A stretch of DNA of 64,000 nt from Candidatus Bathyarchaeota archaeon (GTDB lineage Archaea; Thermoproteota; Bathyarchaeia; Bathyarchaeales; Bathycorpusculaceae): NCBI GenBank assembly GCA_963826715.1, contig CAWGYA010000008.1, positions 224,001 to 288,000 on the forward strand. Reading direction: 5' to 3'. The position numbers and the translations under genes were made by a program. This document shows positions 50,157 through 60,167 of the stretch, one piece after another. The notes beneath the pieces were generated by a model, which saw nothing but the letters and a program-made list of their open reading frames with translations, was not told the DNA's origin and did no database searches. Position 1 is the first letter of the stretch, and the number at the start of each line of letters is the position of its first letter.

Positions 50157-51665
50157 TCAGTCTAAATTTTTAAGTTTTGCGCTTTCACGCGTGTTTGAAA
50201 GAGAATAAGCCGAGACTAGTTGGTCTAGTTTGCCTGCGGCGACATCTTGTTTTTTCTTGAGTGCTGTGATGACCTGTTTTGTATCGGCGAGAGTTTTATT
50301 GCTGCCTTTAATGGCTCTTTCAACTTCTGCGGGTGATGGACCACCTTGTACTTTATATGTTTCTATTAGTTTGCGGAGATTTGTGCATGAAACTATGTCT
50401 CGGTTTTTAATTGTTAATTTGATGTTTGCTGTTTCCAGAGCAATTTTTTCCAGCAACGGTGGCGTTGCATCGGTTAATGTTTTCTTTTCGTCAAGCAGTG
50501 CCTTTACGAGTGTACCAATGATTTTGTGGGAAGTTCGGAAAGCCACATTGTGCTTGCTAACCAGCATGTTGGCAAGCTCAGTAGCGCCGACAAAGCCCGC
50601 TGCTGCCTTTGATTCAACATCAGCAGATAGTTTTAGCTTTGGGATAATCGCGGTGAAAATCGCCAGCGATGTTGCCAGGTTGTCAACTGAAGCCCAGAGC
50701 TTAGGAGTTATTTCTTGGAAGTCAAGGTTGTAAGTAGTTGGCAGGCTCTTGAGTATGGCTGCAGTCGCAACAAAATCTGCCAAGCCATAACTGGCACGTG
50801 CACGGATTACTTCTAGCACCTCCGGATTTTTTTTCTGAGGCATGATGCTGCTTGTGGAGGTGAATTCATCGGGCAATTCGACTGTGCTGAATTCGGCTGA
50901 ACTCCAAATTATGAGGTCTTCAGCGAAGCGGCTGAGGTTCACGGCGAGAAGTGAAAGAACAGCTTGGGTCTCCATTATAAAATCTCGGCTACCTACTGCA
51001 TCCAGGGAATTTTCTAGTACTCTGTCGAAACCCAAAAGCTGGGCAGTTGTTTTTCTGTTTATGGGAAAACTTGTTGTCGCCAACGCGCATGCCCCAAGTG
51101 GGCATAAGTTAACACGTTGATATGCGCTTTGTAGTCGTTCAAGATCCCGTCCTAAAGCATCAACATGCGAGAGAAGATAGTGCCCAAAAGTTACTGGCTG
51201 GGCAGCTTGCAGATGAGTATATTCGAGTATTACTGTTTCTGTGTGCTTTGCTGCTGTCTCCAGAAGAACCTGTTGCATGTAAACTATTTGTTCCATGAGG
51301 GTTAGCAGTTTGGTTCGCAGCGTCATGCGTATGGCGGTTGCGACTTGGTCGTTTCGGCTCTTGGCTATATGCAAGTTGCCGCCGACTTCAGGACCATTTT
51401 CTGCTAAAACTGCCTCTTCCAACGCCATATGTACATCTTCGGCGTTGGAGTCAAGGTTTTGGCTATTTTGTTTTTGGAGGGCTAAGAGAATTTTTGCTCC
51501 GTTCTGCCATGTTATTATCTTCTGGTCCATAAGCATAACGATGTGGGCTTTGTTAATGGCTATGACGGCGTCGACTAAGAGCGAATCGTCTTTGCGTGAA
51601 GAGCAGAATTTGGCTACGTCAGCGCGTACATCGCTTAGGCGTCCGCCATGCAGCATTTTCGACAA
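50157..51665 (-). CDS. argH: argininosuccinate lyase
   Basis: SRNDQ, YTHLQ.AQP, SSIMPQKKNP. Confidence 0.96.
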   Translation of the reverse strand: MSKMLHGGRLSDVRADVAKFCSSRKDDSLLVDAVIAINKAHIVMLMDQKIITWQNGAKILLALQKQNSQNLDSNAEDVHMALEEAVLAENGPEVGGNLHIAKSRNDQVATAIRMTLRTKLLTLMEQIVYMQQVLLETAAKHTETVILEYTHLQAAQPVTFGHYLLSHVDALGRDLERLQSAYQRVNLCPLGACALATTSFPINRKTTAQLLGFDRVLENSLDAVGSRDFIMETQAVLSLLAVNLSRFAEDLIIWSSAEFSTVELPDEFTSTSSIMPQKKNPEVLEVIRARASYGLADFVATAAILKSLPTTYNLDFQEITPKLWASVDNLATSLAIFTAIIPKLKLSADVESKAAAGFVGATELANMLVSKHNVAFRTSHKIIGTLVKALLDEKKTLTDATPPLLEKIALETANIKLTIKNRDIVSCTNLRKLIETYKVQGGPSPAEVERAIKGSNKTLADTKQVITALKKKQDVAAGKLDQLVSAYSLSNTRESAKLKNLD

Positions 51666-51690
51666 TTCTCAGCCTCCATTCGTTCTAAAT

Positions 51691-52923
51691 TCAGGTTTTC
51701 TCTGACTCGGATTTTTTGTTTGCCGCTTTCAGAGAATTATACATCCGTGTTTGCAGTCCCCAGAGTTCAATGAAGCCTTTGCTGTAGGATTGGTTGAAGC
51801 TGGTTTTGATGTTATAGTTGGCGAGGTTCTTGTCGTAGAGTGAGTTGGGGGAACTGCGTCCGATAACTATCATGCCGCCCTTGTAGAGTTTAAGTTTGAC
51901 TTCGCCTGTCACGTTTTCCTGTGAGTGGTTGATATAGGCGTCTAAGTCATCCTTAAGCGGATCAACCCACAGTCCAGCATAGGCGAGAAATACCCACTCT
52001 GCGTCAATTTGTTGCTTAAAAAGCACCTGATGCCGGGTCATCACCATCTTTTCAAGGTCTTTGTGAGCTTCAAGAATAACTAGCGCTGCCGGGCATTCAT
52101 AAACTTCGCGGGATTTTAAGCCTACAACCCGGTCTTCGATATGGTCAATTCTGCCGACTCCATTTCGACCGGCAATTTTGTTAACTTCCTCAATTAGTGC
52201 AAGGGGTGTCATCTCTTTACCGTTAACCGCGACTGGGACTCCTGCTTGAAAGGTGATTGTAACGATTTCGGGTTTATCTGGTGCTTTCTCTGGTGCAACA
52301 GTCCATTCGTAGGCGTCGTCTGGGGGTGTTTGACTTGCATCTTCCAGTAAACCGCATTCGATGGCTCGGCCCCAAACACTTGAGTCTATACTGTATTTTT
52401 TGGCTGATTCAGAGACGTGAATACCTTTGGTTTTAGCATATTCGATTTCTTCGTCTCGCGTTAACCCCCATTCTCGGATGGGTGCAAGAATTTGTTTGCC
52501 AGGGGCCAATGCACCCAAGGTTATGTCAAAGCGTACTTGGTCGTTGCCTCTGCCTGTGCAGCCATGCGCCAGACCTGTGGCGCCTTCTTTTTCTGCAATT
52601 TCCACCATCTTTTTGGCAATTAGGGGGCGTGAGAGAGTTGTGCTTATGGGGTATTTTCCTTCGTAGAGGGCGTTTGCTTTGATGGCTGGGAAAATGTAGT
52701 TTTTGGCGAATTCTTCTTTGGCGTCTATAGAGTAGTGTTTGATGGCGCCGAGTTTTTTGGCTTTGTCTTCTGCTGCTTTAAGGTCTTCGCCTTGACCTAC
52801 GTCTACTGTTACTGTTATTACTTGAGCGTTACATTTTTCTTGCAAGTATTTGATTAACACGGATGTGTCTAATCCGCCAGAATACGCTAGCACAAATTTA
52901 TCTGTTATTGGTTGGTCCCCCAT
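51691..52923 (-). CDS. argG: argininosuccinate synthase
   Basis: LAYSGGLDTS, HGCTGRGNDQVRF, KSREVYE. Confidence 0.98.
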   Translation of the reverse strand: MGDQPITDKFVLAYSGGLDTSVLIKYLQEKCNAQVITVTVDVGQGEDLKAAEDKAKKLGAIKHYSIDAKEEFAKNYIFPAIKANALYEGKYPISTTLSRPLIAKKMVEIAEKEGATGLAHGCTGRGNDQVRFDITLGALAPGKQILAPIREWGLTRDEEIEYAKTKGIHVSESAKKYSIDSSVWGRAIECGLLEDASQTPPDDAYEWTVAPEKAPDKPEIVTITFQAGVPVAVNGKEMTPLALIEEVNKIAGRNGVGRIDHIEDRVVGLKSREVYECPAALVILEAHKDLEKMVMTRHQVLFKQQIDAEWVFLAYAGLWVDPLKDDLDAYINHSQENVTGEVKLKLYKGGMIVIGRSSPNSLYDKNLANYNIKTSFNQSYSKGFIELWGLQTRMYNSLKAANKKSESEKT

Positions 52924-52992
52924 TTTTTGTTTTGAATTATTCTCAGTACCTTAAGGGCTGTATTTTTAAACCTTGTGACTTTTTTGTTACTT

Positions 52993-53032
52993 AACAAGCT
53001 TTAAATGTCCCATTTGATACACTTAAGAAAAC
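52993..53032 (+). repeat. attL-like direct repeat
   Basis: AACAAGCTTTAAATGTCCCATTTGATACActtAAGAAAAC; first 29 bp match 63057-63085 at 28/29. Confidence 0.88.
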
Positions 53033-53130
53033 TGTTTTGGGCTTTATCTTTTGGGTTTTTTGGTTGTGTATCATACTTTCACTTTCTCTTTTACTCTCTA
53101 AGCTTCTTACTTTCAAATAAACTTTTGAAT

Positions 53131-54201
53131 TTACCATAATTGGTCTTCCTCTGCTAGTAGTCCTTGGTCTTCGGGTAAGTCAAAATTGTCTTGTGTATCT
53201 TTTGGGTCATCACTATACACTGATTGGTCTAAGTTTTCGTTGGTATCGGTGGCGGTTTTAGGAGTTAGCCAACAAATGAACCTTTCAAGTAATGTCTTAG
53301 GTTTAGGCTCTTCTTTGGGTTGTTTTTGTATAGGTTGTTTTAGCTGTATGGGTGCACCGTTTCTTTTGAATTCGGCAATCTCTATTTCAGGATTAGTTTT
53401 GCCATCTAAGTATATCCAATGCCTTTTTGGTAGTTGCTGTACTCTATCTTTAAGGTGCTCTGGTAATTGACTCTTAATTTTTCTTAAGCTATTTTCTCCA
53501 AGCGTTAAACCAACAAAAGGTCGTAGCCGTTCTATGACTTTAGTGCTTATATCATTAAGGCGTTGACCTATCCCAATATAATGAATGTTCGCATCTGACC
53601 TTGATTGTGTGAATATAGTCATTAAATCCAAGCTATCATCTGAATTCATCGAGTAAGTGCCAAAACTGTTCTGTATTTCCTCTAAAATAATTATATAATG
53701 ATGGTTATAGTTCGGGTTTCTATCTATCTCCGATTCCTGCATCTCATATAATCGTTGGAGAACCAAACTTTCAAACGCTTTTATTCGTCTACCGTTGCGG
53801 TATTTAATCTCGAAAAGCAAAGATTCCTTAGACCGCAAAAGTTCCTCAAACCATTCATTTTGAACATATTCCCATTTCTTATCCAAGTTTACATGTATCG
53901 TATCTCTAAGATATGGAACAGCTTCAAGTTTTAGGTCTTCTTTAGGAATTATTGGATTGCATTCACATGTACCAATTTTTATATATTCACCCGACCAGAG
54001 TTTCCGCCGCCAAATAGTAGATGGACTAAGAACTATAACGGTCAAGTTTTCATCTGTTAATGCTTGTTTGCCTATACTTGCCGCACAATAGCTTTTTCCA
54101 TGTCCAGCTTCAGCCGCCAATACAATGCCGAGATGTTGCTTTATATCATCAAGTACTGCCGATAATGTGAAACTGCTATGTACCCGTTCATCGTTTGCCA
54201 T
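53131..54201 (-). CDS. FtsK/HerA-superfamily P-loop ATPase
   Basis: Walker A AEAGHGKS, Walker B IIILEE, hydrophobic strand + GQR sensor motif; acidic C-tail. Confidence 0.75.
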   Translation of the reverse strand: MANDERVHSSFTLSAVLDDIKQHLGIVLAAEAGHGKSYCAASIGKQALTDENLTVIVLSPSTIWRRKLWSGEYIKIGTCECNPIIPKEDLKLEAVPYLRDTIHVNLDKKWEYVQNEWFEELLRSKESLLFEIKYRNGRRIKAFESLVLQRLYEMQESEIDRNPNYNHHYIIILEEIQNSFGTYSMNSDDSLDLMTIFTQSRSDANIHYIGIGQRLNDISTKVIERLRPFVGLTLGENSLRKIKSQLPEHLKDRVQQLPKRHWIYLDGKTNPEIEIAEFKRNGAPIQLKQPIQKQPKEEPKPKTLLERFICWLTPKTATDTNENLDQSVYSDDPKDTQDNFDLPEDQGLLAEEDQLW

Positions 54202-54557
54202 TTTTCTTTTTCTCCATGTATTTTAATAGATATATTTGCAGATTGTGGTTATAATACATATTTTTCGATAAATTTCGGTAAACTTTGCGAAAAAAGCCCG
54301 CAAAATCAATATTTTTACAGATTAAATGCACATAAGGATTTTATGAGCAAAAAACATGTTCTAAATTTATTTTGTGACTCTAACTAGATTTTGTTATTGA
54401 GCGTTAATTTATGTTAATCTAACGTTTGATTTTATTCTTCATTTATTCATCACAATATAGCATGCTATACTTTCCAGAAATAGCAAAATTATCTTAATTT
54501 ATATCTAAAGCAAGCAACCACGAAAAAATTTGGGGCTAAAAAATAAAGTCAAAATTT

Positions 54558-55259
54558 TCAAATGGGTACGGGTGTTTTTCGATGTCTTCTAAGAAGCAAT
54601 ATACAGGCAATAACAACCGCTATAATAATCAAAGCAATAACTAGAACTGGGAAAGTTTGTGGTGTATTCGGACTAGGATTGACGGTTGGCGTTGGCGAAC
54701 TTGAACTTGCTGGTATAGTTATTGCTTGTGTGTTGCTCCAATCACTTGTTACTCCATCAAATCCATAAACTCTTCCACCTTGATGGTCGGTTGGAAATTC
54801 TATTCCAATAAGTGCAATAACTTGCATATCTATAGGTCCACTCTTAGAGATTCCTGTGTGATGATTTTCGCCTTCGAACGGATAGTCATCTATTGGAAAT
54901 GATATAATGGTGTAGTCTGAAGCAGATGCTTCATAATAGGTTCCGTAAGATGAAATGCCTACAAAGAATATTGGAGCGTAATTCCAGCCACCAAGCGTAC
55001 TGTTAGGGTCTTTAAATCGGAATCCATAGTAGAGATGGGGATTACTAACATTAATGTCACCAAATCCCGTTAGTGGCTGATTCTTAATAGTTACTTCCAA
55101 TGAAGACGTTGTTAATCTTGCGGTGAATTCTGGTACTGCTGGTCTAGGTATTGTCTGGTCAGTCTGAGCAGATACAGATTTAGCCGTCAATACACTCATG
55201 CACGAAATAGCCATTATTCCAATGAGGATTAAAGCGAAACTTTTGGTTATGCTATTCAT
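54558..55259 (-). CDS. secreted, C-terminally anchored cell-surface protein
   Basis: Signal peptide, IPRPAVPEFT, S/P/T linker, TM helix + RRHRK. Confidence 0.8.
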   Translation of the reverse strand: MNSITKSFALILIGIMAISCMSVLTAKSVSAQTDQTIPRPAVPEFTARLTTSSLEVTIKNQPLTGFGDINVSNPHLYYGFRFKDPNSTLGGWNYAPIFFVGISSYGTYYEASASDYTIISFPIDDYPFEGENHHTGISKSGPIDMQVIALIGIEFPTDHQGGRVYGFDGVTSDWSNTQAITIPASSSSPTPTVNPSPNTPQTFPVLVIALIIIAVVIACILLLRRHRKTPVPI

Positions 55260-55465
55260 AGTTAATGAACGAAAACTAAGTCAATAAAAGGTTATTCGTT
55301 AAACTTTCTTGACTAAGCCCAGTCAAGAGTTCTTGACTAAAAGAAACCTGCCTTAGACCTTACAGCACCGCAACAGGAACAAACAATAATCCACGTATCA
55401 ATATCATAAACAGCATTCGACTCTATGCAACCGCATTTAGGGCAATTAACCACCGCTCAAAACCT

Positions 55466-55966
55466 CTAAACGGTTGTTATATATTCGCTAACATTTCCGA
55501 AATTGTCGGTTGAAACCTTACCAAACTTATAACCAGTATTTTGCATTAGGCGTTTAGCTTCCTCTATATCTTGAATTAAGTATGGAATCGATTTTTCTAC
55601 AATCAAAGTATCCGTGCTCTCCTCAAAAGGAGCAAGAAAAGTGTTGCCCAAAGGATGTAAATCTGAAAGATAATAACGCATATCCGCATCATTATACCGA
55701 AGAACTATATGGGGGGCAACATCAGAACGAATTTTTATAGTGCAGTCTTGGGCAAAAAATTTCATTTTTTTGCCGCTAAGTGAATCCTCATCTTTAAACT
55801 CCTTTAAGAAAATAATTTTGAATTTTGCTTCTCTACTTATGCCTTCAACTTGAATCGGCTCGTATTCTTTATATGAATTCCAATCCAACTTTTCACGCCA
55901 TACAGTTCTGCCGTGTTCAGTGTGCCATTTCCCAGATTTTGGGCGATGCTTAACTTCCAAAGACAA
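55466..55966 (-). CDS. hypothetical protein (element operon)
   Basis: 166-aa ORF 1 bp after upstream ORF. Confidence 0.6.
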   Translation of the reverse strand: MSLEVKHRPKSGKWHTEHGRTVWREKLDWNSYKEYEPIQVEGISREAKFKIIFLKEFKDEDSLSGKKMKFFAQDCTIKIRSDVAPHIVLRYNDADMRYYLSDLHPLGNTFLAPFEESTDTLIVEKSIPYLIQDIEEAKRLMQNTGYKFGKVSTDNFGNVSEYITTV

Positions 55967-55967
55967 A

Positions 55968-56546
55968 CTAATTCACTCTCCATTTGAATCGATTTTGGCG
56001 TAACCGCTCATTCAGCTTTTTACGTCTTTCTTGTTCTTCAACTGCCATATTTTCATTGATTTGTTTGGGACTACGCATAAAATCTATATTTGAGCCGATG
56101 AAGGTCATATCGATGGGTTTATCGTGAATTATTTTTCTGGTTAGTTTACTCATTATATTTTTGCAATCTTTATTTCCCATTTTGGCTAATCCTTCAACTT
56201 TTTCTATAACTTCAGCTTCATTTTTGCCACGAATCCAGTCAAGCGGTATGTCTGAATTTTCATAGTCTATGTTTCTAAGAACATGTTCGTCTTGATATGA
56301 GGGTTCATTTGTTAATATGGCTGTATTTTCAGGATTTTCAGGGGGTTTCTTGGGGTCTGAAGGTGTAAATTCGGCTCTATCACGAACTAACATGGCTTTT
56401 ATTAAATTTTCTTGTTCTCCGATTTTTTTGTTTAATTGGGCTATTTTTTCATCTTTAGCTATCACTTGAGGGGAAGTATCAAGCATAACCTTTACTTTGC
56501 GTGTATCTTTGTCAAGGTTAACTGTTCTCTCTGTTTCTTCTGTCAT
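55968..56546 (-). CDS. hypothetical protein with short coiled coils
   Basis: 192-aa ORF, ATGA overlap with upstream gene. Confidence 0.7.
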   Translation of the reverse strand: MTEETERTVNLDKDTRKVKVMLDTSPQVIAKDEKIAQLNKKIGEQENLIKAMLVRDRAEFTPSDPKKPPENPENTAILTNEPSYQDEHVLRNIDYENSDIPLDWIRGKNEAEVIEKVEGLAKMGNKDCKNIMSKLTRKIIHDKPIDMTFIGSNIDFMRSPKQINENMAVEEQERRKKLNERLRQNRFKWRVN

Positions 56547-56869
56547 TGTCCGTTCTTCCTAATCTTCTTCTCATCTATATCATGCACTTTTGAGAATCGG
56601 TCATCATAATATCTCTTCATCTCAGGGTCGGCGTGAATGGGGTTCTCTCTTGGGTCAACAGCTTTTTTCATAAGAAAATCAGTTTTGGATTCCAACTCTA
56701 TTTTTATATCAGCATGTGGAACATGCGGTTTTAGCTGGTCTTGGTTTATCGTAGCGATAATTTTTTGGCGGTTTCGTCTTATAGCTTCAGTCATCATGTC
56801 CCACCTCAACAGGTTGATTTTTTGAGAAATTGAACTTGTTTGATTGCCCATAAAACTGGTATATGACAT
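56543..56869 (-). CDS. hypothetical protein
   Basis: 108-aa ORF; start may be downstream (~56797) to avoid overlap with the RHH gene. Confidence 0.55.
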   Translation of the reverse strand: MSYTSFMGNQTSSISQKINLLRWDMMTEAIRRNRQKIIATINQDQLKPHVPHADIKIELESKTDFLMKKAVDPRENPIHADPEMKRYYDDRFSKVHDIDEKKIRKNGQ

Positions 56870-57056
56870 TAGAGCGTGTAACTAATGGAAAAGTTTCTAG
56901 GTCGGCTTTATCGTAAAGTGTACCAACTTCAAATAAGGGTTCAATTATTTTATTTAGTATACCTGATTTTGAGCAGTTACAAATTTTTGCGAGAGTATCT
57001 ATTTTACGCCATGTTTCTAGGGAAATACACATTGTTGTATAGGATTTTTTATTCAT
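56787..57056 (-). CDS. ribbon-helix-helix (CopG-like) DNA-binding protein
   Basis: YTTMCIS-LETWRKIDTLAK-ICNC-SKSGILNKII strand-helix-helix pattern. Confidence 0.7.
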   Translation of the reverse strand: MNKKSYTTMCISLETWRKIDTLAKICNCSKSGILNKIIEPLFEVGTLYDKADLETFPLVTRSNVIYQFYGQSNKFNFSKNQPVEVGHDD

Positions 57057-57434
57057 ATCTTGTCACTCAATATATTATATATCTATTGAGTTTTTGTTTT
57101 TCACCCATTTAAATATTTTTATTATTACTAACACTTTATTGTAAAATACTCTGTTTATAGCAATTATTTGATAATAAATACAACAATATTTAAATTATTG
57201 ATTGTTTATATATTTAGATAGCTTTAGTTCGGCTTTGGCTAAAGCAAACCCCACATAGTCAACCATAAACAAAGCCTATCCACCCTAAAATATGTCTAAA
57301 AAAGACTGATTTATAAAGCCATAATATTTAAATATATAGTATATAAAGTTTACTATATTAAACCAATTAATTAGCGGCGGGTGCAACCGCATAATTTTTA
57401 GGGTCAAATAAAATTCGGGTGGATATTAGATAAG

Positions 57435-58613
57435 ATGGATAAGTTAAATTATGGTATTATGGATAGCACTCAAACAACTATCCCGAAAATAAGCAAACAA
57501 TTAAGTTACTATCATAGGAACTCTGTTAGAATAAATAAGAATAAAAGAAAAAAATATAAACAAAATATAGCAAAAGAAAATAGAGTATATAAATACAATA
57601 AGTCCAGAGTTTCTAAAAAAAGCTTTTACTACTCAAATATCAGAAAAGAAATAGAACAATATAACGATAATAAACCCATTTTGAGCCTCAATTCACTAGT
57701 ATCTCTTTCATATAATAAACTACTCCCCGAATACAAGTACACTCATGACAACTGCACGGTGACCAGTAGATTTTCCGCTTTACCTTCAATAGTTGCCGAA
57801 GCACTACTACAGGATGGTTTATTTTATTCTGACTTTGAGAAAGCATTTTCCAACATAAGCACTAGACAGCTACAAAGAAATCTTCAATTATTAGTCAAGT
57901 TAAAATGGCTTGTAAGATGGGGTAACTTTGATTATACACAATATTACGCCAATCCCTTCTTGTTAGCATTATACCGTAAACGTGAAACATATGCTTCCTT
58001 ATGTTGGTTCACAAAATTTAGAATCGACTTTTTTGACTTGATAAATATTCCTTTACTTAATGCTTTAGACCAAAAAGTGACTTTAGCTGAAACAAATTTT
58101 AGTTCATATTTTGGAAAAGCCCAATGGATAAAAGCATTTTTTGAAGGACAAGTAAGAATAAAATTACATACGGCTAACGGAATCTTTGAAACTATAATGC
58201 CCGTTAACCTACATGGAGCTAACAAACGTGAAGGTAAAACAAATAATCCATATGGCTTCCCACATCATACAATCCCATTAAATTGGCGATTGTTTGATAT
58301 CTTATCAAGTTCTGAGTACCAAAACGGGAACACCTACATCCATTTTGACAACAGCTTTAAAATCATAAAATATGAAGCCTCAAAGAACAGTTGGGGATAT
58401 CATAATTATATAACTTTTAAGAAACCTTTTGAGAAGCTATTAGAGGATAAAAAGAATGGGTGGAATACTAAGACCTGTCAATATGTAGAAGTATCAGATT
58501 TTGAAATTTTACAAAGATTATTCAATGAGAGATTCGTCAATGGCAAAAGAAGAAACGACTTGTTTGATGCTTTAGGTATTCAATACAAGTCAAGGAAAAT
58601 TAATGAAAATTAA
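57435..58613 (+). CDS. winged-helix-containing protein, possible replication initiator or regulator
   Basis: FYSDFEKAFSNISTRQLQRNLQLLVKLKWLVRWG wHTH pattern; basic YYHRN..INKNKRKKY N-terminus. Confidence 0.55.
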   Translation: MDKLNYGIMDSTQTTIPKISKQLSYYHRNSVRINKNKRKKYKQNIAKENRVYKYNKSRVSKKSFYYSNIRKEIEQYNDNKPILSLNSLVSLSYNKLLPEYKYTHDNCTVTSRFSALPSIVAEALLQDGLFYSDFEKAFSNISTRQLQRNLQLLVKLKWLVRWGNFDYTQYYANPFLLALYRKRETYASLCWFTKFRIDFFDLINIPLLNALDQKVTLAETNFSSYFGKAQWIKAFFEGQVRIKLHTANGIFETIMPVNLHGANKREGKTNNPYGFPHHTIPLNWRLFDILSSSEYQNGNTYIHFDNSFKIIKYEASKNSWGYHNYITFKKPFEKLLEDKKNGWNTKTCQYVEVSDFEILQRLFNERFVNGKRRNDLFDALGIQYKSRKINEN

Positions 58614-58930
58614 AAAAGTGGATTTCGTCTAGAGGGTTTACCGAATAGAAGAGTTCCAACATTATCCTTAGTTTTTTTCTTTATGGGCTTATCATGAGCA
58701 GTAGAATGACAATTTGGACATAGAATTTTTAGATTTGAAATTTTATTATTTTTTGGGTCTCCATCTTTGTGATGAACATGAGGTTTTATTCCGTCCAATG
58801 ACCGATGGCACTTTTCGCATTTACCCTTTGAACGAACCAATAGCTTAGTTCTCAAGGATTGCCCAACAGCTTTACGTTTTGGTTCATCATTAAACCCAAA
58901 CAAATCTGATTTAGTCAATGCAGAATTCAA
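58610..58930 (-). CDS. HNH endonuclease
   Basis: CEKC...HVHHKDGDPKNNKISNLKILCPNCH...H. Confidence 0.92.
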   Translation of the reverse strand: MNSALTKSDLFGFNDEPKRKAVGQSLRTKLLVRSKGKCEKCHRSLDGIKPHVHHKDGDPKNNKISNLKILCPNCHSTAHDKPIKKKTKDNVGTLLFGKPSRRNPLF

Positions 58931-58936
58931 CTCCTA

Positions 58937-59287
58937 CTACTTTCCGCTCATGACTCTGTTTATTAAATTTACATATCTATTTGCCATGTTTTGAGCGTTT
59001 GAATCAGCGAAATTCATACCGCCAAAAAGCAAATCGGAATCACCCGTCTTAAATATTATTGTCTCTTCATTTCCAGTTTTATGCTTTATAACTAATTGAG
59101 TAAGTCCTGTAAACGATTGACTTTTAGGATAAACTTCTAAGAGGTTATCCAGCAATATCTCTCGTTCAATTTTGTCCTTGTTTAAGAAAAGTAACCGTTT
59201 GTTTGTTACACCTAAAGTTTTATGCCAACCTATTTTTCCCTCATTTAGAAGCAGATTTTCATCGTTTTCTAGATTCATTCTAACCAC
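58937..59287 (-). CDS. prokaryotic PH-domain-like protein
   Basis: ENE.LL...LGVTNKRLLFL...EILLDNL pattern. Confidence 0.55.
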   Translation of the reverse strand: MVRMNLENDENLLLNEGKIGWHKTLGVTNKRLLFLNKDKIEREILLDNLLEVYPKSQSFTGLTQLVIKHKTGNEETIIFKTGDSDLLFGGMNFADSNAQNMANRYVNLINRVMSGK

Positions 59288-59380
59288 CGTTTTCGATTAT
59301 GTCTGTTTTGGGTATTTAGCTTTTGTCAAATGATGAAAGTTCAACTTGGCGATGCAAAAAAAAGAGCAAGAGAGCAAAAA

Positions 59381-60163
59381 CTAAAGGTAGTACTCTAAGA
59401 TAGTTGCTTTCAAGTAATCATACACACTACCATCGATATGAAGGGATGACAAATCAATCTCAGCCTTGTTTGGGTAAATGTGGATGTCTATGTTTTCTTT
59501 TGATTTTAAAGTAACGCTGACTGACATTTCCTTCTCTTTTACCCAATCCGCAATGGTAAAATCAGCCTTTGTGGGTTCAATTGTGAATAATCCATTAGAC
59601 GTTTTTTTCCATAGCCCATTTTGCTTCAGTTGTTCATCTAACAGGTCTATAATTGAAGTCACATCAAACAAAGTTCTCTCAAAGGAATTAAAAGGAAAAC
59701 TAGCTTCCAAAGTAACGGCAACACTATCGCAAACTTGTGCTATTTCAACTGCTTCAGTTTCACTTTCAACGTCTCTATGTTCAGTAGCCAAATTAAATTC
59801 AAGTGAATACTCTTTGCCATTATACGAGATATCGGATGAAGTCTGCTCTCTTTCCTCAGACCATAGTAAAGGTGAAAAAACAATTTGCCCTTTGTTTCGT
59901 CCAGAGATAGTAGTGGTAATACTGGATATCATCTCTCTAACTTGTTCTGGTTTTGTTGGTATTAGCATTACTCTAAAGTGAAAATTAATCTTGATAGGAT
60001 GCCATTTTGTTCTGAAAATCTTTGTTTTTCGAACCATTTTTTTCCATATCGTAGCAAAGGGAGTTTTATCATAAAAATAACCCAATAATGCATCGGTTAT
60101 CCTGCCAACGACATAAGCCACGATAGGAAATAAAGCACCATATAGTGCTGTTAACCAATCCAA
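59381..60163 (-). CDS. hypothetical protein with N-terminal membrane anchor
   Basis: WLTALYGALFPIVAYVVG hydrophobic N-terminus then basic patch; 260 aa. Confidence 0.7.
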   Translation of the reverse strand: MDWLTALYGALFPIVAYVVGRITDALLGYFYDKTPFATIWKKMVRKTKIFRTKWHPIKINFHFRVMLIPTKPEQVREMISSITTTISGRNKGQIVFSPLLWSEEREQTSSDISYNGKEYSLEFNLATEHRDVESETEAVEIAQVCDSVAVTLEASFPFNSFERTLFDVTSIIDLLDEQLKQNGLWKKTSNGLFTIEPTKADFTIADWVKEKEMSVSVTLKSKENIDIHIYPNKAEIDLSSLHIDGSVYDYLKATILEYYL

Positions 60164-60167
60164 TTAA

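Noticed and set aside
52924-52992. Searched for leader peptides before argG (also ilvD, thrC and the homocysteine operon)
   Set aside because: No uORF enriched in the cognate amino acid was found
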